Positions 25,239-39,552 of a stretch of DNA of 64,000 nucleotides are shown here, piece after piece. The notes under the pieces were generated by a model. That model did not search any database, was not told the DNA's origin, and was given only the letters and a program-made list of their open reading frames with translations. The translations under genes and the position numbers were made by a program. The stretch's first letter is position 1. Each line of letters starts with the position of its first letter. The DNA is from Tricharina praecox (taxonomy: Eukaryota), in NCBI RefSeq assembly GCF_024521635.1, contig NW_026250412.1:930001-994000 (forward strand), written 5' to 3'.

Positions 25239-28200
25239 GGTTCGTGGCGTAGCCGCCGGTGCGGGTGCGGGGCGGGTGCGGGGCGTACTTACTTACTTAC
25301 TTACGCTAGGTACCGTCGAGACTCGACACTACCAGTCGGCGACCCGGGTTCGGAGATGGAAGGGGAAAACGCACAGTCAGTCCGGCACGGGGCGGGAACG
25401 TTGAGAGTCGAGCATGCAGCGTAGGATGGGATGGGAGCATGCAGAGTGGCAGAGTCGGATGGGATGGGAGCAGGCTGAATGTGTAGGCAGGCACGACATC
25501 GTGCGGCCTGAACCAAGTACGCAACTGGTGGGTCACGGGACGGGGCACGACAGACGTCGCCAGGTTCTACTCCCCGGCTGCAAGCTGTTGCAAGATCCTG
25601 CACGTATGTATGTACAGTACATACATGCGGTGATCGATCGAGGGGTGACGCACTTTGGTTATGTACCAACCGGTCTCCGGGAACGCTCTATGTCGACGAC
25701 AGTAACAGCACTCTCGCCGCCTGCTGTCTCCAGTGTGCACTCCGCATCGTGCGGATTCCAGACGTTCTGGAAGCATCCCTTGCACCCCTTGCATAGGATT
25801 GGCATGGGATGGACCCGGACCTGGCTGTGCATCCCCCCGGAGCAAGCATGGACGATTACGCATAAATTGTATGCATGCATACATAAGACCTAGTGAACAG
25901 GCGACGGCATTGAGTGGGCGGAAGCGGATTGGAGATCTCTGGATGGCTACTAGTGATTACGGTCCTGGCTTACTACGCCGACAGTTTTTTAGCGGCCGGC
26001 CGGTGTTCTTCGGATTTGAACTTGACAGGCTGAAGTCAATTAATGGCTGCCTGTGAGCGGCGTACCTGAGCGGCGTACCTGAGAAAACGGACCATCATCT
26101 AGAGCAGCAGCAGCAGCAGCCAGATACGGTACCGTATGTACATATCTGGCCTTGCATCGTCGGCCCGATAATTGACGTAACCTATCGTCCACAGTCAGCG
26201 GGATACGACGACGACGACCCCCACCTCATCATCTGATCTTGCGACGGAACACGCCGCACGAGTACAGTAACTACGGTAGTTACACTGCAATCATCAATGA
26301 GAGTGGGAATCCCCACTCGTGTCAGCGTCTACCCCCCCCAGGCGGCAGCGGCAGCGGCGGATCCAGGCCTCCTCTCATCACCCCCATCGATGCATACATG
26401 CATCGCGCAGTGTCATTCAGTCAGCGTTTAATATCAGCACTGGTATCATACATACCTGCATACCGTAGGCGCGAAGTATGGAATCACTCTAACCAGAATT
26501 CCGCTCCAGCAACGACGAATGGATAAACCCTCCGCACCGTGCCAGCTGGAGTGCGGAGTGTGGAGCTGCATTCTGCAACGACGAAAAAAGGAAATTTCAG
26601 CTCCGCGGCATCGCAGCATCGCGATTCACGAGAGCTTTCACGATAGCGAGAGCTTTGGAGTCTGGACGGCGGCGGCGGCGGCCCCCACAATCAGGAATGG
26701 AGTCCAATCTGGGGAAGGGGAATGCAAGTTGCTCATCCACCTTCTGTACGTACTCTGCTAAGCTAGATCTACATACATACGGGTATGTAAAATAAAACGC
26801 GCGATTGGGTGAGCACTGAGCACTGATGATTGATTGGTGAGGGGGCCATCCCGCCGCTTCGAGCTTAGATGGATTTGCGGCGGGAAATATAACCTTTTCG
26901 CCTACATACATGAGAAGTAAGAACTGCCGGTCCGCGGCCGTAGGGCTCACATACTTTACTATTCTGCCTAGGTACGGCGCATCGAGACGCGCCTTCAACC
27001 GTCAACACTCGTCCATCCATTCGTCCGTTCATTCGTTCATTATCTAGACTCCACTGACCACCGGCATGCAGATTTGCAGTCTGCAGTTTTTGCATTCCGA
27101 AGTCAAGACATCGACATCGACAACGCCCTCTTTGAGGGGATAGGACAGGATAGAAATATGATCGGTATGTACTCTACCTTCCCCGGAGGCGGGGGGAATT
27201 AGTTGGTTAGATACCTTCCTTCGCCGTGTGGCCACTGGCATGCATTCCAACAGATGGCGACACCCCCCCATGTAGCGGTATGCACGGTACATATTCGGTC
27301 TCTTAGCCCAAGTGGCCAGTTGGCCAGTTGGCCAACCACAGAACGAAACCAACTAGCCTTTCAATCAGAAAAAAAACAAAAACAAAAGAAGAAGAAAAAC
27401 ATAGCGCGGGATTATACCCCCCACCACCCACCACCCGCGCGTCGAGACTCGAGATCAACTTGATCATTGCCCCGCGGTCGGCGGCTATTCCGTGGCTTGT
27501 GTGACATGTGTGACCATTAACGCTCCCTCCCAGTGTACTCGGCAGCTATTAATACCATACATGTGGTTTTCTTCTTCCGCAGTCCGTGGAGCAGTGAGCA
27601 TTCTATGTACCTACTCTATCTGCAACGCTCTCGTGTAGCGCACGTGATTTCCCCGCGCAATCAATCATAAGCACAGCCTGTCCGACAACCTTCGAATAGT
27701 ACGATGTAGGTAACGTGTATGTAGGTACGGTAGAGCACCTACCCCACGCCTCGCCGTGCCCCAGCCTTACCGTGCCCCCGCACCAGCACCAGCACCAGCA
27801 CCAGCACGTCGAGGGGAAAGCCAGCCAAGAATATCGGAAGCCCCCGGAAGATGCCGGTGCTCGTCCTACACTATGTGTTCCGGAGAACACAGACGGTATA
27901 GTATACGGTATAGCTACTACTGGTATGATAGGACTTGGGTAAGCACTTGGCCGGTAACTGCTCCACCTGACGGAAGTTAGAACCAGCGCCTCTCGAACCG
28001 CAGAGGAACCCAGTTGGGAATCCAGCTTGGGGGTGAACCATCGCTGCAGCAATTGCGCCCTCCCACACCCGCCCCCACTACTCAAACTGGGTTTTTAGGT
28101 GCGAATCGGGCCGTCCCGTCGACCGGCGAGACTACTACATACTACATACATAGCACTAGATAGCCGCTACATACACAACAACCACGGCGCAAAACTCCGC

Positions 28201-31200
28201 AAGCGCGCAGTTTTGGGGTTACAAATAGTAATTTTTGTTTTGCGTTTCGTCACGACTGTGGTCATGGACAGTGGGTGTGGTCCGCACTAGGTAACCATCC
28301 AACCACCAAACCACCAAACAGGTCCGCCAGCGAATCGGACAGTCGTGAATACGACGGTAAAGGCACGCAGAGGGCGTGTACCTTATACGGTGTGCGGTTG
28401 GTATTATAAGTGGGAAGTGGCGACGGTAGGTTCCGGACCATGATGAAGTAGCTCGTCTCGCCTCAGCGGCAAATCATCCGTATGGTCTACTCTATAGGAT
28501 GTAGTTTATCGCTGGACTGGAATGCAACTGCCGATAAACGTGAGTACTCAACTGTACCTACCTGTCAACCATCGACGTGATCTGGGCCGTGTGACATTTG
28601 AGCCTTCTAGAATGTTGGTATTTGCCATTTGGGCATTTCGCCGAGACTTCACTCGACTCGAGGCGTTGCTCGAAACTTCGCCCATCACCACCGCCAACCC
28701 TGTCCTGCTCAGTCCGATTGCGCGCATTCGCCCGACCTACACACACACGAGGCTGCAACTTGGGAATGATCCCTAAGTACATACCGGTAGTAACTTACGC
28801 TGGAGGAAGGGAGGGACACTGCAAACTGCACACTTGAAGTTGCCACCAGAGATTAACGCCCCGTCCAGCTGCAGCGGATGGACAGTCGCAGCAGCAGCAC
28901 TACTAACTACCTAGCACCTATCTAGATGTCGCCACCACCAATATTATGAGCGGATGAAAAGGAGGTTAGGTTAGGTTATGTACACCCCATCACGCACTCC
29001 CGCCTCCCGCCCCTCCCGCCTCCCTACTCCCCACTCCCGCCGTTGCCGCGAGAAATCTCTTGCGCAAACTGCACGTGCACACCACACCGCACACTGCACA
29101 CCGCGGACCGTACCGCACACGCACACGTACACCGCAAACCACACATCACATGCGGACCACCACGACGCACATGCGGCCCAGCCCCAGCCCCAGCAACTGC
29201 CGCGGAAAGTCGTACAGGCCCCCACTCGTCGCCTACCCGTATCGGAAACCATTGGCTGGCTGGCTGGATGTTTGGATGAAAGTTTGGATGGTTGGCCGTT
29301 TGGTTAGCTGCTGGCTAGCCGGTTGGAACTTGGTTGGCCGTTTTTCTACGGTATGATACTGGCTAATCGCGATCGAAGTGCGTAATCGAATTGCACTCTG
29401 ATCGTGATACGGTACCAGTAGATCATAGCTGTACGTACATACCCGGCTGCCGCGGAAAGTCGTACATACAGGCCCCCAGACTCCAGTCATATGATCAGAG
29501 ACGCGCCGTAGGCCGTACCGGAAACCATTGGCTGATCACTTGACTGACCGTTTGGCTACGGTACTGGCGGATGATCATGTGAGTAATTGCGTACTGATCG
29601 CAACAGCTGTACGCGGCTCCTGCTGGCGCTGCCATCGCTGCTGGTGGTGGTGGTGGTCGTGTAGACACTCCCTTGCGCACTCGTTCCTGGCCACCTCATC
29701 ACAGAGCTTTGGTCGAAACTGCGTCTGGAGCTGCCGAGTACGTACGTGTGGATTAGAGTACCAAGTGCAAAATTACGCCCAAAGTAAAGCTCGATGGTAG
29801 TTGAAACCAAAGTTCCAGATTGTTTTAGGTATGGAAGATCTAGCACCCAAAGGTATCCCGTTTTTTCTTCGGCCATAAGTGCAAGTTCTAAGTAGGTAGA
29901 CATCAGACTGTAGTCGACTGTAGTGTAGTCCGCACCTATAGTAGTCCACGAGATCCATGGACTACCTAGACGGACTACTTTTACGTAGTCCGTCCGGACT
30001 CCAAGCGGCCGGACGGGACCAGATCTTGGCAATCCGTCCAGTCCAGTTCAGACGGCAGTCCGGGCCGGACGATGGAGAATACTGCCATGGCGGGTGCGAA
30101 AAATCACTTTCTGAATGATGTCTGATGGCCCTCACCTGTCCAACAGTCCCACAGAAGGGACAAAATTTCTGGTCGAAAACACCCAGCGATAAGTACAGTG
30201 GCAAAAACTGGGTGCGATTGATCATTGATGCCGAAGGACTCCAGCAATACTACCGCACGATTCAAATCCAGCAGTCTTGGATAATACAGATTTACTCTTC
30301 TATTTTCCCTTCTTCTATATTCGCAATTCTACAGTAACGAAAAATACCGGTATGATACGCAGTGTTGTAAAGATACGCTTACTCGTAACTCAACTACAAC
30401 GCCGGAAGGACTGCCGCAGTTCTTCCGAATGCAGGATATTACGATTACGCACTGTACAGATTACTGGAGAACTACCAGAGAACTGCCTACTTCGCACACC
30501 AGCATTGTGCAGAGAAAATTTTAGTTCATAGACTGTAGTAGTAAGCCCACGATGACAAGAGTCCTACAGACGATACGCCATGGTGGTGAGCAGAAGCCTA
30601 CGGTCACTGAATCCGGTATACACACGGTAGATACTAGAAACCCTCTGGTTTCAACAATACGTAGGTACTGTGAGTACCTACATAAGACGTGCTGTACGCA
30701 AGCAAACATTTCCGAAATTCTTGTACCTAGTGTAGTGCAGGAAGTGCCGTAGGCCTACGGAATAAATAGTGTACTACAGAGGAAATTACGGATTGAGCTG
30801 GATACCTCTACCTACAGTAGAGCTGCCAAGTCCCAGTCCCTACAGAATTGCGAAGTATCAGTCCGTGCCTACACTACACTACGCAAATTCTACGCCGCTG
30901 TACATAGTTCTACCGGATTTCCCCAGTAGCCCTTCAAGAATTAAGATTCCTCCAGTGGCAAAAGCCTTTCCTTACTTTCGTAGGTATTTGCGAATTCCAG
31001 ATTAATGTCACAATACCTATCATCGATGCACTGTGTGGTTTGCAATATTCGTCTCATTTCAGGTATTACTACTGTAGACAACTCATGCTTCATTTCTTCC
31101 AATAAAAGCACCCGGCCACCGCGGCCACCGCAGGCCGACCGACTCCGTCCCTGGGCTCGTTGCGGTAGCTACGAAGCTGGCCTCGCCGTGGATACTGTAC

Positions 31201-31817
31201 TACCCAGTAGTCTTCGCCGTGGTTAGTACACTGCCTAAGTCGCGGATAGTACGCTGTTGGTTGTGGCTAAGTGATGGAGGAGCTGTCGGAGAGAGGAGGT
31301 GAGGCTATCGGCGAGAGGAAAAGAGGAGGAGCTGTCGGCGAGAGGAGGAACCATGGGCGAGAGGAGGAGATTTCAGCGAAAGAAGAAAGTGATATCGCCC
31401 GCAAAAGGGTTCAGCAGGGCCAGAAGCAGTAGGGGGGGGGAATTCACAGCGCAGCCAGTGCTCTATCCCCGGCGGGTCCAGCATGGCGAGTAGCAGTAGG
31501 AGAAGAAGGTATCCTCGGGAGATCAACTGCGGAATTATAACAAATCCGTATTCCTTGGCTGTCAGTCAGGTGTCGACGAAAGGTCAACACCAACCGGCGT
31601 TGAAGCAGAATACCTACGTATTGTCAGAAACACGCGATTCACACTTGATTGCTCAAACACCGCACAACCCAGCGATATTAGAGTGCAAAAGAACCACAAG
31701 TATATACCGTTTCCCACAGCGCAAAAGTGCAAGTATTAGTTTACAAGAAAGAAGAAAACCGTACCGCCCAACCATCTAAGCGCAGCTAAGCAAGTTCCAA
31801 CACCATACTAGTATCCA

Positions 31818-34800
31818 TCACATCACGCCCCCCGCCCTGACCAGTTCGCAATCGCCACAATACTCCTCGAGGCCGTGCGCACCCTGGAGGCCGTCTATGC
31901 CCTCGACGCCCTCCATACTCCTCAGCAGCCTGGCGGCGAACCTACACCTCTCTAGCTCGCCATAGACCCACCTCTCCCACTCGGCCTTGACCAGCTCCCG
32001 CTCGAGTGCGTTAACGACTCTGACGGCGACCACCAGATCGTGGCGGTAGCGCCCCAGCGTCTCGCGGCCACCGTGGATCCGCTGCCCCATCGTCCCGTCG
32101 CCGCTGGTGGCGCGAGAGAGGAATTTGCTCCAGCACATGCCGCCCGAGGGGTGCGTGATGTTTCCTGCGGGCGCGACGGCAAGCTCAAGGTCAGAAATGG
32201 TGATGGCTCGGGCCATGGTGCCGTCCGGGGCTGCGCTGATGGATTCGAGGAGGGCGTGCGCGCGACGCTCGCTCCAGTAGGCCGTTACAGCACGGGTTGA
32301 TAGCGCCGTGTTAGCCACGACCGAGAAGCCGAGGAGCCCGAGGAGAATCCAGTGCGCGGAGAACAGGCCGGCTATGCCCTTGACCACGGCGACGATCGAC
32401 ATGATCACGTTGCTGACGGCGCTTTCGGCCAGGCTCAGGGTGTTTTCGAGGAGCATCTGTGAGAGTGAGTGCTGCTTGATCGGAATGCGGGGAGCGTGTA
32501 TGGGCTTGGGTGGCGTGTCCTGTTTGGGCTGGATGCCCGTTATGGCACCGGCGGACGGAGTGGCGGGAACCACGGTTTGGCCGTTAATGCCGCCAAAGAT
32601 CTGCATGGCGGTGAGAACATTTGCTGATTTGCCGAGCTTGCCAATTGCTTCGGCAACAACGTCGCCTAGATCTAGCGCATCGTTGTCCAGGTCCTCCTGG
32701 GCTTGCTGTTGGACGATATCTGGGCAATCTCGTATTAGTTTCCGCCACCACGGCAAGTGGCCATTATGCAATACATACTTTTTGAGAACATTGGATCCTT
32801 AAACCAATCGACTCTTGTCCATACCGTCAACTTGCTTTTGCTTGCGGTCACATGCGTAATCACAATCTTGCTGACCATGATGAAATTCATGCGGTGCGGG
32901 AGATGCCAGGGTGTCTTCACATCCGTGACCACATAACAGCTATGCGCATACATCGGTTAGCTCGTGAATGGAGAAAAACAAAAACTCCGGTTGGAGTGAC
33001 ACGGGAAACACACATATGTTCATCCTGCTTCTCGATGGTCTGATGGTCGACGACATCTGCTCTCCTATTGCGCCCTGCAACCACGGGGTAATCAGCAGGG
33101 GAGTCCCGCAACATCGAATGGTGGAAACCAACCAAAGGTGTCTAGGAAAGTCGCATGATAAGCAAACTGCCGTCTTGCCTTTCCCTTATCCAGTTCCTTC
33201 CACGGGCTCTGTTGAATTGCTAGACCCCCCACACCGTCAATTTCCGTCTTCCGCGCGGCACAGCTCGGGGTTGACATGGAACCATACGTTGAGCTCTCCT
33301 CTGCGCGTACATCATCTGGAACACAGTCGACTTGTCCCCGAATAGGACATGAAACAGTGCCTTCGGGGGGATTTCAAATTCGCGCTCCAGTGACCTTCGG
33401 CTCATTCCTGGCGGGTGATACACCACAGGCGCTGAAGGGAGTTTGAGTTTGGCCTCCCTGGCTGCAAAGGGGAAGCGGTTATCAGCGAGATGTACACATC
33501 GAAACGAGGGGCGGCAAAAGCGTACCTTTCTCGTCGAGAGCCCGATCACCGTCACTAAAACGAGATTAGCATCGCTTCCCACAGCTGGTGGACGAGTGAC
33601 AGCTTACTGATCAAGCCGGAGTCTGAACTCCTCTGGTGCGCCCCTCCTCCTACTGATAGGTTCGTCGCCGCGGCCGTCGGTGTACAACCCCACGTCTTCC
33701 CAGCTCATATCATCTGAGCCCCTACTTTCGACCTCCTTCTCGAGCTCTATTAATTGCTGCAGTAGTTCCTGACTATTCATCTTCGTACCCTCAATCGCCG
33801 CCTTGGGGTGTGCATTCCTAACCATGAGGTCCAGCCGTCTGTGAAGCAACCGGAGAGGCTCCAAGAACGTCTTGATGGTGATTAGCGACTTCTCACCGCC
33901 CGCTCCTAGATTAAGATGGAGGAAGAGATAGTCGCAATCTTTCTCTGGCGCTGCCTTGACCTCTGCGATGGTAGCTAACGGAGTGATGCTGGTGAATACT
34001 AGTCCTAGATAGTGTGAATAGAAGTACAGGTTCCGATCGGTCACGAAGCAGCGGCCGGGAAGTTCTTGAGTGTCATTTGGACTCCAGATGGCACGAAACA
34101 CTGAGAAGTCAGCCAGCCAGTCAGCCAGCCATTAAGCTTCAAATACCAGGAAGGACATACCTAATTGCACCACATGATCGTGCGTCCCGGGGAAAAGCAT
34201 CCTGAAGTGCTCATCCTGCACTCTTAACGCCATCGGATAACCCGGGAAATACTCATACTCACCAGGCGTCGAATCCCCCTTATTCCCACCGACATCTAAG
34301 CTCATGGTTTTGCGATGTCCCTTCTCCGGAGCGGTGACCGGTGATCTCTCGGTGATTCCCGTGATTCCGGATCCGGAGGTGACCGTGGCAGCTGTCAATA
34401 GGTTAACCGGCGATGGAGTGCTGCTGAGTGTATTCGGCGCAAGACTGCTAGCTGTAGGAACCTGGACCTCCGGCAACGTCATCGTTATTTGCTTAGCCGG
34501 GTCCGGAGAGATGGGGAGAAGATTGTGGCTCGCTGCGATCAGTGCCGAAATTCCTACCGGTGTTGAGCCCATTCCAACTGGGGAGATGTTGCGTTCGCCC
34601 ATGCCGAACGATGCCTTGCGGGGATCCGATTTCACTGGATTCGACGGTTCCGGTGCTCCTCCTCGGTTGGCATCCATCGACGTTGTTCCTCGGGAGAATG
34701 CACCGCCGGTACCCGGTCCGAGTGTGGTAGCGCGCTCAAAGCCGTGGTTGTCGGCGTCACGTCGGATGGTTCGGGGTAGCAGTGAGAGACCTTCGGGGGG

Positions 34801-36405
34801 TACAACCGAGCTGGCCGAGTTCCCGTCGTGGCCTCTGGTAACATATGCCGGTTCCGCTGGCGGCGCAGGAGCCGAGGGAGGTAGGATAGAGAATGCCTGC
34901 GAAGAAGCAACGAGTGATGAGGACTCCACGGCAGCCCTCTTTGCCTGCTCGAAGACAGCCATCCACATGGTAAGATCGGACTGTGTTTCTGTTTGTAAGA
35001 GTATCGTAGTATCCTTTGTCTTGACCTCGAAGCAGAACCTGCGTTCCTCCTGGAAAGCCGGCTTGATATTGCACAGAAGCACTCCAACCTTCTCACTCTC
35101 CTCCGCACCTCCTCCGCGATAGCCCTGTACCAACCAACCAAAGATTCCCGCCTTGATGAAGAACCATCTCCGAATCCACAGCGTCCGTGTAGGCTTGCCG
35201 GTAAGCGTGCGCATGAATAGCCAGCCCTGCTTCTCGCTCGGCACCTCCTCTCCCTCGACGACAGCGGGGGGCCGTGACGTCAGGTACGGCACCGTGTTCA
35301 AAGAGTACTCATCCAGCTCTCTCGCCGGCTGGTACTCCATCTTCGCCCTCCGCTCCAACTCTTTCCTGGCCGTCGTAAGCTGTTTCCGGAAAACGCTCTC
35401 ATTGACCTCCATAGAATCGTAGCAGCTCCGTATCCTCTCAATGTCCGAACTGCATTTCTCCACCAGCCCCGCCATATCCTTGCGCAATCCGATCTGCTCC
35501 CTCCATTGATTCGAGATGACCTTGGTGAGTAGCCGATCGAGATTGATCCGGAACGCCGGCGCCGCAATGCAAAAGTCGAAGCACGTCTTGCTGTAGGCCT
35601 TCCTCGCTTCGTACAGCTGAAACGCGTCCTCCCGCAGCGCCGATGGCTCCTTCGATTTCGACTGCGACAGGTACCGGGCAAGTAGCGCATCGTATTTCGT
35701 CTGAGCGGCCTCGAGCAGTCTCCTCGTCTCCTGTCATCTCACATCAGCACCTCCTCCTCATACTCCTCCTCCTCCGCCCCCTCCCCCCCCTCCCCGCGAG
35801 ACCCCCGCGCAGACCGACCTTGAAGTTCTTGACCTCCCCCCGCTGAAACGTCGTCATCGGCTCGATGATATTATTCTGCACGCGCCTTGCGCCGACCACA
35901 ATGTTCGTCCAAAAGCCCTTTGAGCCCTCCGCATACCTCTGCATAGCCAGCAGGGTGTAATCATGATCGACGACGCTCTCGGAGATATTCCCGGGGACGG
36001 TGCGGGCCAGGAAGTTATTGATGGGGTCCTCGAGCGCTGTTCCGCCGTCAGCATTCATCCCATGTTATGTTACTCCCCTGCGTGACATAATCAATCGATC
36101 AGCCGTACCAACAACCTCACTCACGAGCTTCACCGACGCTTTGATGAACCCGTCCAGCCATTTCTCGACCAGGTCGACCTGCTCGGCGTAGTGGATTACG
36201 GTGCCGCGGAACGTGGGCGAGTCGAGCGACGCTTCCTTGAGCGTTGCGGGACTGGAAGTTGTCAGTGTCAGTGTCAGTGTCAGTTTTTGAAACGTGTTGG
36301 AGCGGCTCAGGGTGGCATATGCAGGGAGGGGGGAGGGGCGCGGGAAGGAAGGTATTAGGTTCGCGCGCGAGAGGCTCACACTAGAGTTATCGGGCCACTG
36401 GCCAT
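31818..36405 (-). CDS. SIP3: Sip3/Lam1(Ysp1)-family BAR-PH-GRAM-VASt membrane-contact lipid transfer protein
   Basis: Spliced start MASGPITLV|PATLKEASLDSPTFR; PH domain EKQGWLF...WIRRWFF...ERRFCFEV; FRAIWSPN...PGRCFVT; VASt-like EFEIPPKALFHVLFGDKS...KTPWHLPH...KIVITHV; C-terminal TM segment. Many introns, internal junctions not all resolved. Confidence 0.88.
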
Positions 36406-37445
36406 AGCGGCGCTGGATAGAGTGCGAATGGACGGGCCGAAGGTTCTTTCTTTCCTGCTTTCTTTCTCTCGGGCTGAGTTTGGGTTTGGGTTTTCGCGGG
36501 CGTGTTTGTGACGTGACGACGGTAGAGAATGGAGAGAGAGACGAGGAGCGAACGAACTCCTTTGTATGTAGATCTCTGAGAGTTCTTCTTTCTCCTGTTT
36601 TACGCGCTCGGAGCGCCTCGACTCGAGGGAGGTGATTCAACTAGCTAGCTAGGGAGGGACGGAGGGACGGGGGACGGAGGACGGAGAGTGCCAGAGTAAC
36701 TCTAGAGTGGAGTCTGTAGTATCGAGGTTCTAGTGCACCTGGGATAGGTATGCGTACGTGGATATTGACGGAGACAGTACGGTAACGTTACGAGTACGGG
36801 TACGTGGGTGATATGTGGTCAACCTACCGGCGATGGCGAAGAGGAGCAAACACCGTCAATGCCCGCTTACTGGCCGCAGCAAGGATGGCACCAGCTGCTG
36901 CTTAGAGGCAAGACTGGGCAGATATAGTACCCAAGGTACGGTAGCTATGATAGTTGTGAAGAATCGAGGCTCGAGACTTGCCTTCGAATCGCTGTCCCGT
37001 GACTGTGATATACGTACCGGTTACCTGCACGGGTAGGCAAGTGCTAGAGGATATAGTACTTGTTAGTATGAATAGCACACAAGCCCGTCAAGGAAAAGTT
37101 GGCAAAGAAGAATAAGAAGAAGAAGAACAAGAAGGGAAAAAGAAAAGAAAGAAGGTCATGCTGGATGATGCAGGCGGCTTAGTCGCTGTGCCACAGCCCG
37201 TTCAAGCCAATAGGGGACCGCAGCACTCGTTCAAGCTGTGCTCGGGCTGCACCAAGAATCGGTCAGTCCAAGAGTCAAAGTCATCTCTTGACTCCCCCAA
37301 ACTTAATCGAACACACCAACCCCATCTCCTCCCTCAACCTCATCTCTTCCCCCCACAATCTACCCGCCCCACTTCGCCCTTGAAGATCTCCCCGATACAT
37401 ATACACAAACCCTCCGATAGGTCCATACAATCCTCCCCCGCCACC

Positions 37446-38546
37446 ATGTCGAACCAACTACAGATCAGCATTCCGACCACCTCCGAGTCAGCCGAAGGCG
37501 GAAGCAAACAGTACACGCTGTACCACATCCTGTGGCGCCTTCCCATGCGCAGCAACTACGTCAAGAAGCGCTACAACGATTTCACCGCGCTGCACAAAGA
37601 CCTCGAGACACACACGGGGCAGTCCCCACCACACCCCATACCTCCCAAGCACTACTTCGGCAGCACCGTCGGCAACCCAGCGCGAACCGAAGAGCGTCGC
37701 GCCGCGCTCGAATCCTACCTGCACGCGATCCTCTCCTCGCCCGACAGCCGGTGGCGGGACTCGCCGGTCTGGCGAAGCTTCCTCGCGCTGCCTGCCGCAG
37801 CGGTCGCCGGCGCATCGGACAACACTTTCAGCTCGCGACTACCCTCGGGGCCGATCACGGATCCCACGCACTGGCTCGACTCTCACCGCGAGCTCAAAAC
37901 TCTCCTCCACGACGCGCGCATCTTCCTCAGCAAGCGCGACGGCGCGAACACGACAGCGGAGCAGCACGAGGCGTCCGCCGCTGCCAAGCGCTGTCTCGTC
38001 AAGGCGTCAGCCATCATCTCAGCGCTCGATCAGGGCCTGCAAGCCGTCGCGCTGGCCCAGCAGCGCGAGAAAGAAAAATCCCACCACCCGGACTACCTCC
38101 TCGACGGCGAGATCCGGCGGCGCCGGGACCTCGTCGCCGCCGCCCGCCAGGAACGCGACGCCCTAGAGTCGCTCGCCAGCGTTAAGCGCCACGCGAACAA
38201 CAATCAAAACGCCTCCCACCCCACAGCGACGGCAGATAAGTCCTCGCTGCTGTTCTCGGCACGCGCGGGCGGCGGCCGCGTCCTCGGCGCTCCTCTGCCG
38301 GAAACGGAGCGCACGAGGGAGCTGGGCAATGATGGCGTGCTGCAGCTGCAGAAGACTATGCTGCAGGAGCAGGATGTCGGCGTCGAGTCGCTGTTCAACA
38401 TTGTGCGAAGGCAGAAGCAGATGGGGCTCGCGATTGGTGAGGAGCTAGAGACCCAGAAGGAGCTCCTGGAGAGGCTGGGTGAGGATGTTGATAGGGTCGA
38501 TAAGAAGACGAAGATCGCGAAGAAGAGGGCCGATAGGATATCATAG
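37446..38546 (+). CDS. VAM7: Vacuolar Qc-SNARE Vam7 (PX + SNARE)
   Basis: PX domain (YTLYHI, KKRYNDFTALH, PPK, EERRAALESYL) and C-terminal SNARE coil (EQD...RQKQMGLAIGEELETQ). ATG 37446 in strong GCCACCATG context; intronless. Confidence 0.92.
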   Translation: MSNQLQISIPTTSESAEGGSKQYTLYHILWRLPMRSNYVKKRYNDFTALHKDLETHTGQSPPHPIPPKHYFGSTVGNPARTEERRAALESYLHAILSSPDSRWRDSPVWRSFLALPAAAVAGASDNTFSSRLPSGPITDPTHWLDSHRELKTLLHDARIFLSKRDGANTTAEQHEASAAAKRCLVKASAIISALDQGLQAVALAQQREKEKSHHPDYLLDGEIRRRRDLVAAARQERDALESLASVKRHANNNQNASHPTATADKSSLLFSARAGGGRVLGAPLPETERTRELGNDGVLQLQKTMLQEQDVGVESLFNIVRRQKQMGLAIGEELETQKELLERLGEDVDRVDKKTKIAKKRADRIS

Positions 38547-39552
38547 GTTCTGGGTGCTGTGTGATGTGTGATGTGTGATGTGCGATGTGTTCTGGGTTCT
38601 GTGTGCTGTGGTTTGTCACGTGTGTAGACTGCGTTTGTTGGCTTGCTGGTTTGTTGGCTTGGTGCGTTATTGATTGGTTGATTTGATTGATTGGGCTTGG
38701 TGGGGGAGTTTGGTTTCGTCGTCTCATTTGCATGTGTGTGTCTATAGTCTATAGTATAGTGTCTAGCTGCTCGTTCATATTCGTATCGCATCTTGCGTCT
38801 TTGTAAGTAAGTAAAGGGGAGGTTACCTTGGGTCTTTGGTCTTTGGTCTTTGGTTAATATTTTGTCTGTCTGTCTGTCTCTTTCGGTGTATTGATGATCT
38901 TGTCTACATGTACTCTACTTAGGTTACTGCCTACATTACAACTCGTGCGGTGCTTTAGATGTTACACCTGCAAATTCTCACTCGATGGACAGTCACGCGA
39001 CTATATACACTCGATGGGTAATCATATGACATTGCTTGAATCTGAGTAACTCAGCCGTCGACTCACTAGCGATGACTCCTTCCACTTCCCATTCCCATTC
39101 CCGTTCTCGATCGGTCGACGGAGGCATTAGGTCTGACCGAGTGATCTCCGTGAGACTCACTAATAGTACTGCCGCAAACACCCGTCAGCCAGTGAGCCAG
39201 GGACTCGACAATCGTATTTGCCATACCTACTAGTATTCTATATCTAGTATTATTCTAGACATGATACTCCAGATGCAGCAAAACGGCACAAAGCACGCAC
39301 GCACGCAGAAGTTATAGCAAGCAGCCAAAGAAACCCGAACAACAAGCACAAGTACAAGCACAAGCACTTTCAACAACCAACCGACCCCTTGAAGAAGTAC
39401 TCAGGTACCAAAACGGCCAAACATTTAACATCCGAACATGCACCAAAAAGAGCTCAGGCTGTCAAAACAATTAGCCAAACCGAACGAGCACCCAAACTGC
39501 CAAAAGAACCTCCAAAAAAATCAGTCAACCAAACAAAAATCAAAAAAAAAGT

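Noticed and set aside
29900-31500. TAC/GTA-rich stretch as a mutated transposon
   Set aside because: No transposase, RT or terminal motif recognised; needs BLASTX and dinucleotide indices.
37158-37445. 96-aa N-terminal extension of VAM7
   Set aside because: Low-complexity UTR-like sequence; ATG 37446 has optimal context and begins right at the PX domain.
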